Source: an uncultured Acidobacteriota bacterium (lineage in GTDB: Bacteria; Acidobacteriota; Terriglobia; Acidiferrales; UBA7541). From it: DNA of 64,000 bases. Positions 19,981-26,862 of the stretch are shown one piece after another. Position numbers and translations under genes: made by a program. The notes below the pieces were generated by a model, which did not search any database, was not told where the DNA came from, and saw nothing but the letters and a program-made list of their open reading frames with translations. The stretch covers positions 148,360 through 212,359 of the forward strand of contig CAVVLE010000050.1 in assembly GCA_963748865.1 (NCBI GenBank), given 5' to 3'. Within the stretch, counting starts at the first letter, position 1; each line of letters opens with the position of its first letter.

Positions 19981-20644
19981 TCCCTACTTTCTGCGCAACG
20001 TCCGCTGGCAGGCTTTCGAGCAGCTTTGTCCCGTCTGGAAATAAGACGATGGGAAGATTGGCCACCTCCGGTCCAAGCACTTCGAGAAGCCGCTTGGTTT
20101 CGGGGTCGTTGACCGAGAGCTCAACATCGATCCACTGATAGGGGACATGGTTTCGTGCCAGGAAATCGCGCATTTCGTAGCTTCGCGGCGACCACCTGGT
20201 CCCGAGCACTCGTATGCCTTCAAACGCCGGCCGATAGGACGCCTTCCAATCATCGAGCAAGTCATCCAGTTGCGGATACAAATGCTCACCCGGCGGATCC
20301 CACGGCTTCATAAAGAAGTAGTTGATGCCCGCTTCATTTATGGCGCTGATCGCGGCGTTGGTGTCCGCGTAGGCAGTCAACAGCGCCCGCTTGGCGTCGG
20401 GAAAGATATGCATGGCCTGGTGAAGAAATTCGACTCCATTCACGCGAGGCATCCGCTGGTCGGCGAGCAGAAGAGCCACACTGTCATTGCGCACCTTTAG
20501 CTGTTTGAGAAGATCGAGCGCCTTCTCCGGCGAATCGCTTCCAATCACTCGATAATCGGCGCCGTACTGGGAGCGAAGATCACGCTCGATCGCCCGCAAC
20601 ACATCGGTATCATCATCCACGCTGAGCAGTATTGGCTTAGCCAT
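19958..20644 (-). CDS. response regulator receiver domain plus a thioredoxin/glutaredoxin-fold linker domain; probably the N-terminal part of a fused response regulator/TrxR-like protein
   Basis: The REC domain reads ILLSVDDD...LLLADQRMP...[10 protein letters not shown]. It is followed by about 100 aa ([31 protein letters not shown]...[10 protein letters not shown]) and there is no DNA-binding output domain. The reading frame ends 8 codons after the point where the TrxR-like frame takes over. Confidence 0.8.
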   Translation of the reverse strand: MAKPILLSVDDDTDVLRAIERDLRSQYGADYRVIGSDSPEKALDLLKQLKVRNDSVALLLADQRMPRVNGVEFLHQAMHIFPDAKRALLTAYADTNAAISAINEAGINYFFMKPWDPPGEHLYPQLDDLLDDWKASYRPAFEGIRVLGTRWSPRSYEMRDFLARNHVPYQWIDVELSVNDPETKRLLEVLGPEVANLPIVLFPDGTKLLESLPADVAQKVGIAHASAD

Positions 20645-20869
20645 AGATAGCCTTCAATGAGGCGAAGAGACTCGAAGCTAAAATGTGCATCCTAACGCTG
20701 ATTGGATTCAATATGTGCCGGGTTGGTCGCGGATAGCCGCATCCCTGGTTTGCAAAGCTTCGAGATGAAATCAGGACAATTCCGGGCTGTATTCCGGACG
20801 CGCATTGGTGGCCCCCATTTGCCCGCCCCTATGCAGGCGGGTGGCGCAGCCCTTCTTGTCTCTCATATT

Positions 20870-23338
20870 CTATTCGCTTCTCAGCGACACTATTGGATCG
20901 ATCCGCGCTGCGCGCCACGCCGGGACCAATGAAGTAAGTAACGCGACCAAGGTCAACGCGGCTGGAATCACCGCAAACGTCAGCGCATCCGTTGGCCTCA
21001 CGGCGAACAGCAGACTCGCGATCAATCGCGTCAAGCCCAGCGCCGCCGCCAAGCCAATTCCCACTCCCGCAATTGCCAGCGCCATCCCTTGCCGCACCAC
21101 AAGCCCCAGAATATTCACCGGAGAGGCCCCCAGCGCGATGCGAATCCCGAGTTCGCGCGTCCCCTGGCTCACCAAATACGCCATCACGCCGTACACGCCA
21201 ATCGTAGCCAGCACAAACGCGAATCCCCCGAACGCGGCGAGCAGCACCATGGAGAATTTCCTCCGCGCCAGCGAAGTATCGAGGCGCCGCTCCATCGTCT
21301 GCACGTTGTACATCGGCAAGTCTGCATCCAGCGCGCGTAGCTCGCGTTTCACTGCTGCGGTCAAATTCGCTGGATCCGTGCGGCTGCGCAATACCACGTT
21401 CATGTTCCTCGAAGGATACTGCGTCTGCGGCAAATACAGCGCGATGCGCGAATCGGAATCGAGCGTGTACTGCTTTACGCGCCCGACGACGCCGACAATG
21501 GTGATCCACTTTCCGTCGGCATCCAAACCGCCGAAGCGAATCCTCTTGCCCAATGGGTCTTCTTTCGGCCAATACTCACGCGCCATGAAGTCATCAATGA
21601 TTGCCACGGGCGGTTTGTCAATCGTGTCCTGCTCGTTGAAAAGCCTTCCACTGCGCAGCGGAATCTCCATAGCCTGAAAATAGTCCCCGCCGGCGATTCT
21701 TTGATCGGCGTTGATGAACTGCTCGCCGGGAGGCGGTTGCCGGTTCTCAATCACGATCGGACCCCAGGCGTACATTTCGCTTAAAGGCAAGGAAGTCACG
21801 GCCCCCGCAGCTTGCACTCCCGGCAAGGCCTCCAGCCTCTGCCAGAGCTGGCGATAAACGGCGAGCACCGAAGGCCCGTCTTTGTATTTGTCCCCGTTCA
21901 TCGAGAGCTCGATCGTCAGCACGTTCTGAGGATTGAATCCCGGCGAGACACTCAATAGGCGCGTGAAACTGCGAATCAGAAGCCCCGCGCCGATCAACAG
22001 AACCACGGAAAGGGCCATTTCCGCCACTACCAGCACGCGCCGCAGATTTTTCCCGCGTCCCCAAACGCTTCCGGCGCCCGCCGCTCCGCGGCCGGCATCT
22101 TTCAACGTGCCGTGCAAGTCGATCTGTGTGGCGCGCCAAGCCGGCGCCAGTCCGAAAAGAATCGCGGACACCACGCACAACGCGACGGTGAAAAGCAGCG
22201 CCGTGCCATCCACTTTGATGGCATCAATCCGCGGCACACTTTTCGGACCAAGCACGCGCACCCAGTGCAAGGACACAAACGCAAAAATCACACCCAGCGC
22301 GCCACCGCCCAAGGCCAGCAGCACGCTTTCTGTAAAAAGTTGGCGCACGATCCGCCCGCGGCTCGCTCCGAGTGCCGCGCGCACCGCAATTTCTCTTTGC
22401 CGCGCCACCGCGCGCGATAGCTGCAAATTGGCCACGTTGGCGCAGGCGATCAGCAGCACGAACGCGACAGCGCCGAGCAGCACCATCAGGGAATATCGCG
22501 CGTCGCCCGCCACTTGCTCCCGCAGTGGAAAAATCCCGAAAGTGAGCCCGCCATTCGGCGGATAGACCTCAGGAAAATCGTGGCGCAGCCGCGCCGTGAT
22601 CGCATCCATTTCCGCCTGCGCCTGCTGCACGGTCACGCCGCGCTTCAACCGGCCGATGATGTTGTAGTCCTCGTGCGATCGGATGCGGGGAGCGTCCGCA
22701 GGCAGCGGCAACGGAAGCAAGATGTCGGCTTGTTCGGCGTTAAACAGCGTGGGCAGCACTTCCTTCGGCAGCGAGAACGATCGCGGCAGCACGCCCAGGA
22801 TCTCGCGGGACACTCCGTCCACCCGCACTGATTTCCCGATAATTTCAGGATCGCTGCCGAATCGTCGCACCCATATTCCGTAACTCAGCACCGCGGTTTG
22901 CGGACCGCCCTGCTTGTCCTCTTCCGAATTGAACAATCGTCCCAGCGCCGCTTTTTCGCCCAGCAGCGGCAGCAAGTTCGACGACACGTGAATCGTACCC
23001 TCGCGCTCGGGTTCGCCGTTACCAGTGAGAGTTTCATTCCCGCCGATAGCGATAGCCACATCTTCGAATCCGCTGTGGCTGGTCTTGATATCGAAATACT
23101 GCGCGGTCGAAAACCAATCTTGCGTGATATTCAAGCCGGGCGAGCGATTCCACAGGATCACCAGCCGGTCGGAATCCTTATAAGGCAGCGGCCGCAGCAG
23201 CAATGCGTCGGCGATGCTGAAGAGCGAAGTACAAGCTCCGATTCCGATCGCCAGTGATACCGCTACCACGGCGATGAATCCAGGATTTTTCTTAAACGTG
23301 CGCCATGCGAACTGAATATCTTGGAGGAGTGTTTTCAT
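20870..23338 (-). CDS. ADOP-family duplicated ABC-type permease (two MacB_PCD + FtsX modules), with no cognate ATPase nearby
   Basis: This is an 828-aa ORF, and the likely start is MKTLLQDIQFAWRTFKKNPGF at 23338. It contains two copies of a TM, large periplasmic domain and FtsX 3-TM module. Both copies end in the FtsX signature (...LGASRGRIVRQLFTES... and ...LGASPVNILGLVVRQG...). The C-terminal AARIDPIVSLRSE is typical of this family. Confidence 0.85.
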   Translation of the reverse strand: MKTLLQDIQFAWRTFKKNPGFIAVVAVSLAIGIGACTSLFSIADALLLRPLPYKDSDRLVILWNRSPGLNITQDWFSTAQYFDIKTSHSGFEDVAIAIGGNETLTGNGEPEREGTIHVSSNLLPLLGEKAALGRLFNSEEDKQGGPQTAVLSYGIWVRRFGSDPEIIGKSVRVDGVSREILGVLPRSFSLPKEVLPTLFNAEQADILLPLPLPADAPRIRSHEDYNIIGRLKRGVTVQQAQAEMDAITARLRHDFPEVYPPNGGLTFGIFPLREQVAGDARYSLMVLLGAVAFVLLIACANVANLQLSRAVARQREIAVRAALGASRGRIVRQLFTESVLLALGGGALGVIFAFVSLHWVRVLGPKSVPRIDAIKVDGTALLFTVALCVVSAILFGLAPAWRATQIDLHGTLKDAGRGAAGAGSVWGRGKNLRRVLVVAEMALSVVLLIGAGLLIRSFTRLLSVSPGFNPQNVLTIELSMNGDKYKDGPSVLAVYRQLWQRLEALPGVQAAGAVTSLPLSEMYAWGPIVIENRQPPPGEQFINADQRIAGGDYFQAMEIPLRSGRLFNEQDTIDKPPVAIIDDFMAREYWPKEDPLGKRIRFGGLDADGKWITIVGVVGRVKQYTLDSDSRIALYLPQTQYPSRNMNVVLRSRTDPANLTAAVKRELRALDADLPMYNVQTMERRLDTSLARRKFSMVLLAAFGGFAFVLATIGVYGVMAYLVSQGTRELGIRIALGASPVNILGLVVRQGMALAIAGVGIGLAAALGLTRLIASLLFAVRPTDALTFAVIPAALTLVALLTSLVPAWRAARIDPIVSLRSE

Positions 23339-23443
23339 ACCCGCTATTAGACGCATGCGACGCCGAGTAGTGATAATTACAGTGCTAAGGACACCGCAAG
23401 GGGAGAGTAAAAACTAAGGGAACTGGCCACGAACTTCCTCGAC

Positions 23444-23516
23444 CTCAGCCAACATCAGCGGCCCGACTTCGGGATGCGCGCTAGTCAACCGCGATTTTCG
23501 TGCCGCGCTGACTCGC
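23444..23516. repeat. dispersed repeat family 1, copy 1 (73 nt)
   Basis: The sequence is CTCAGCCAACAT + CAGCGGCCCGACTTCGGGATGCGCGCTAGTCAACCGCGATTTTCGTGCCGCGCTGACTCGC. By hand alignment the 61-nt core matches 35600..35660 at 55 of 61 positions. The 12-nt left arm matches 35540..35551. Confidence 0.8.
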
Positions 23517-23720
23517 CTTCGAAAGGTTCTCAATGCGCTCGTCGAGCACGACGCGGATGGCCTTGAGGAACTCGACGCGCGAGTTCTCCAGGTGCTTGCG
23601 TACCTCGGATGAAACGCCGAGGCGCGTGCGAAAGAAATCCATGATTTCCAGGCACGGGCAGCGTTCTCCCGAAGCACTCTTTCGTGCAGTGTTTCTGTTC
23701 GTCTGCCGTTGCGGGCTCAT
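23481..23720 (-). CDS. hypothetical 79-aa helical protein, translationally coupled to the ArsA/Get3-like ATPase gene
   Basis: Its ATG overlaps the upstream stop as ATGA (23717-23720). I recognise no domain. The protein is charged and predicted helical (VRKHLENSRVEFLKAIRVVLDERIENLSK). Its last ~12 codons lie inside a dispersed repeat, whose second copy is at 35600..35660. Confidence 0.5.
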   Translation of the reverse strand: MSPQRQTNRNTARKSASGERCPCLEIMDFFRTRLGVSSEVRKHLENSRVEFLKAIRVVLDERIENLSKASQRGTKIAVD

Positions 23721-24907
23721 GATGCCTCCTTCATTTCGACCGTGAGGAGTCCCTTTTCAAGCTTTGCGTGAGACGGGGAAAGCATGGCCATCGAGCGCGG
23801 CAAGCCGATGTGACGGCGCAAGGTGCCGATCTCGACGACTAGTTCATCGCCCTTCTTGAATAGGCCGACTTCGCCTTTCGTCGCGAAGGGGAGAAGAACC
23901 CGAATTTCATACGTGCCGTTGCGCTTCCCGAAGGAGTACGGCTTCTCCGTCCGGGTGACGGCCGCCGGGTCTTCTTTTCCAGGATACAGCAGGGCGGCCA
24001 GGTCGCGCAGCCGACGCTGGCCCAGGACTTCGTGCGAGAAGAGCGGGATACGTTTGACGGGCACGGGCGCGAAATACTCTTCGATCTCGCGCAGGACGCA
24101 TTCCTGCGAGGTGTGCCATTCCTTGAACCAGGCGTCCGAGACTTCGGCGGGCAGGATGCGGTTGACGATGATGGAGTCCACCGTCAAGCCGTGGAGAGAG
24201 AAGTAAACGAAGGCGCGCTGCGTTTCACGGAGCACCATTTTTTCCGGGTTGGTGACCAGGCGGACGCTCGTGGTGCGCGGGTCCTCGAGCACCTCGTCAA
24301 TGCCTCCCAGCTTTTCGAACAAGTCGCGGATATTCAAAAAATAGCTGTCAGCCGGCAACTCGAACGGGCCGACGCGGTTGGCGATGGGGCGCACGGCTTT
24401 CACCAAATTGCGCTGGTAGGGAAAGATGTGCTTCATGTACCAGTCGAGCGTGGTGGGCATGCTGATAAAGCGCAGGGATTCGGCGGTGGGCGCGGCGTCG
24501 AGGACGATGACGTCGTAACGCTTTTCGCGCCGGTATTGATTGATATAGAGCATGGCGCTGAGTTCTTCCATGCCGGGAAGGATGGCTAGCTCTTCGGCTT
24601 CGACCCCGCTGATGCCGGTGGTGCGCAGGACGGCGCTGATGTAGGCGGAGATTTCCTGCCAGTGGCGCTTGATCTCTTTTTGAATATTCAGTTCGAGAAT
24701 CGAGAGGTGATTGTTGATTACCAGCGGATCGGAGGTCGGGACGTGGAAAAGATCGTTCTCGAGGTCAAAGCAATCGGCAAGGCTGTGGGCTGGATCAATG
24801 CTCATGATGAGCGTGGAGCGGCCGAGCTCAGCGAGTTTGACGCCAGTGGCCGCAGCGAGGCTGGTTTTGCCCACGCCGCCCTTGCCCGTGAACATGAGAA
24901 CCCTCAT
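23717..24907 (-). CDS. ArsA/GET3/TRC40-family ATPase with a C-terminal HSP20/alpha-crystallin-like domain
   Basis: The P-loop reads FTGKGGVGKTSLAAA. An IDPAHSL motif and the switch II-like VLDAAPTAESLRF are present. The last ~90 aa (YEIRVLLPFATKGEVGLFKKGDELVVEIGTLRRHIGLP...LEKGLLTVEM) look like an HSP20-type beta-sandwich. Confidence 0.85.
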   Translation of the reverse strand: MRVLMFTGKGGVGKTSLAAATGVKLAELGRSTLIMSIDPAHSLADCFDLENDLFHVPTSDPLVINNHLSILELNIQKEIKRHWQEISAYISAVLRTTGISGVEAEELAILPGMEELSAMLYINQYRREKRYDVIVLDAAPTAESLRFISMPTTLDWYMKHIFPYQRNLVKAVRPIANRVGPFELPADSYFLNIRDLFEKLGGIDEVLEDPRTTSVRLVTNPEKMVLRETQRAFVYFSLHGLTVDSIIVNRILPAEVSDAWFKEWHTSQECVLREIEEYFAPVPVKRIPLFSHEVLGQRRLRDLAALLYPGKEDPAAVTRTEKPYSFGKRNGTYEIRVLLPFATKGEVGLFKKGDELVVEIGTLRRHIGLPRSMAMLSPSHAKLEKGLLTVEMKEAS

Positions 24908-25220
24908 AGCCCCATTATAGAACCGACCGACCGACTTGATGGCTCAAGATCGTCGAATTTAATGGATTCGATTCGTCATTACCGGTCGAGCTGGGGCTTC
25001 TATCCCGGAGGCCTTCCAGTCTGGGGGCGGGATTCGAACTTTTAGGGCTCTTCGAAAGGGAACTGGCTGCTCATCGGTAGAGAATGTCGTCCGCTCTCCC
25101 CGCCCGCAGTAACTCGAATGCGAACTGAGAGATCCAGCGCGTCGCAAATGGCCGCAGAAATGAGCCGAAAATGACGGCTTCGGGCCAGTTCGCTCTACTG
25201 CCTAGGCAAGTGTTGACTAC

Positions 25221-25415
25221 ATGGCGGAGGAGCCAGTCACGAGCGAACCATTCTCCGCGCAAAAGATCAGGGAAAAATACTGGGAAAGATGCCGCCACCG
25301 AGAGGCTCTCGGGCCCGACGAATGGCGGAATCCTGCTGTAGTGCCTGCGGTTATAAGCACGACGGGGAATTTGCCCGACTATTCGAACAGGGAATTACAG
25401 GGATTTGATCAGGGA
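25221..25415. repeat. dispersed mosaic repeat family 2, copy A
   Basis: Three blocks are shared with 57670..57809. ATGGCGGAG.AGCCAGTCACGA and GAATGG..GAATCC...GCCTGCGGTT are shared in the same orientation. A 63-nt module (25353..25415) matches the reverse complement of 57747..57809 at 59 of 63 positions by hand count. Confidence 0.8.
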
Positions 25416-26013
25416 CGGCCTCCGCTGGAACAACGCTAGCGATCGACGCGAAAGAAGTCGAGCGCAAGCCCTTCGAGAGACGACTAGTCACGGATTCTCC
25501 TCCACAGGGCCTCATTGTAAACTCATTGATTCTCGCTAATGCATTCTGTTGGGTGGCTTTGACAAGTTGTACGCCGGGGTCTGGTTTGTGCATTTCAGCT
25601 AGACCGGACGGAAGGGTGTCTTGCTTGGCGAAGGCGAAGGCGCAAGTTTCCGCAACCGTCCTCTCGTCGCGCTCCACATTGCGGCCTACGGCCAGGACCG
25701 ATTTTTTTTCTCCTCAAGATCGCTCCGCATGAGTCATACGAATGGTGCGCCGCAGAGCTTGCTTTAGGTTGCCCGCAATGGTTACGATGCCGCAAGTAAA
25801 GGGCAAAAAGCCTGTTCGGACGCACCTAACCGGTCCGGCAAGACTCCAACGCCCACCGGCGGCGAATGCCTGCGCAAATCCACGCTATCCGCTGACGGCC
25901 GAGGTGCAAGTAACCGACGTGCGTCGCTCCCCGCTCTCCCTCGACTGCACCAGGGAAGAAGATAGGGGCGTTGGAGTTCCGTCTCGAGCAGCGCTGAAAC
26001 ACAAGAACTGGGT

Positions 26014-26862
26014 TTGCCGATGAATTCGTACATCCGGCCGACAACGCTACAGGAAGCCGTGCACGCACTCGGGGAAACGCGCGGCATCGTGCTCTCGGGC
26101 GGCACGGATTTCTTTCCCGCCCGCGTGGACAGGCCGATCACCGAGCCCGTCATTGATATTTCTGGCGTCCGAGAGTTGAAGGGCGTGTCAGTCGAGGCGG
26201 ATCGCGTGGTCATCGGCGGCAGGACGACGTGGAGCGAAATCGTTGCGAGCAATCTTCCCCGAGGGTTCGCCGGGCTAAAAGCCGCGGCGCGGGAAATCGG
26301 CTCGATTCAGATACAGAATTTCGGCACCGTGGCGGGAAATTTGTGCAATGCATCGCCCGCCGCCGACGGCGTGCCACCGTTGCTGGCGCTGGATGCCGAA
26401 GTGCGGCTTGCTTCGACGACGGGCACGAGGATGCTGACGCTTGGCGAGTTCATCCTAGGCAACAGAAAAACGGCGCGGCGCACGGATGAGATTTTGACGA
26501 GCGTCGCAATTCCGCGGCGGCTCGAAGCCGCCGCATCATCATTTCTCAAACTCGGCGCGCGGCGGTATCTGGTAATTTCCATCACGATGGTTGCGGTGAC
26601 GATCCTCGCGGACGATCGCGAGCGCGTGGCTGAAGTACGGGTCGCTGTCGGCTCATGCTCGGAGCGAGCGATGCGATTGACGGCGCTCGAAGAAACGCTC
26701 GTCGGCGCAAGCGCTCGACCGGGACTGGGGAAAACCGTTATGGAGAAGCATGTCGAAGCGCTTTCGCCGATTGACGACGTCCGCGCGACGGCTGCGTATC
26801 GCCGCGATGCGTCGCTCACGCTGATCGAACGCGCGCTGGAAGCTTGCGTGGGGGCCGCATGA
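26014..26862 (+). CDS. molybdenum hydroxylase FAD-binding subunit (CoxM/XdhB-type, FAD_binding_5)
   Basis: The ORF encodes 282 aa. Recognisable stretches are LSGGTDFFPA, GGRTTWSEI, IQNFGTVAGNLCNASPAAD and a C-terminal CO_deh_flav_C-like ...DDVRATAAYRRDASLTL. Its stop overlaps the next start as ATGA. Confidence 0.85.
   Translation: MPMNSYIRPTTLQEAVHALGETRGIVLSGGTDFFPARVDRPITEPVIDISGVRELKGVSVEADRVVIGGRTTWSEIVASNLPRGFAGLKAAAREIGSIQIQNFGTVAGNLCNASPAADGVPPLLALDAEVRLASTTGTRMLTLGEFILGNRKTARRTDEILTSVAIPRRLEAAASSFLKLGARRYLVISITMVAVTILADDRERVAEVRVAVGSCSERAMRLTALEETLVGASARPGLGKTVMEKHVEALSPIDDVRATAAYRRDASLTLIERALEACVGAA

Noticed and set aside
25019-25105. A tRNA-like element lies on the minus strand. 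GGGCGGG...CCCGCCC could form a 7-bp acceptor-like stem 67 nt apart, with GTTCGAATC next to the 3' strand.
   Set aside because: There is no room for a T-stem between the T-loop-like sequence and the acceptor 3' strand. I could not fold a consistent anticodon arm or a proper D-arm. At best it is a stranded tRNA 3' fragment, as mentioned in a finding, and not a gene.
25071-25732. Small ORFs lie in the 1.1-kb gap: 25071..25298 minus, 25221..25439 plus, 25351..25677 minus and 25526..25732 plus. One opens with the repeat-borne ATGGCGGAG.
   Set aside because: They overlap one another in different frames. They have no Shine-Dalgarno sequence and no recognisable domain. The ATG-GCG-GAG reading frame is not preserved in the second repeat copy, which reaches a stop after 24 codons.
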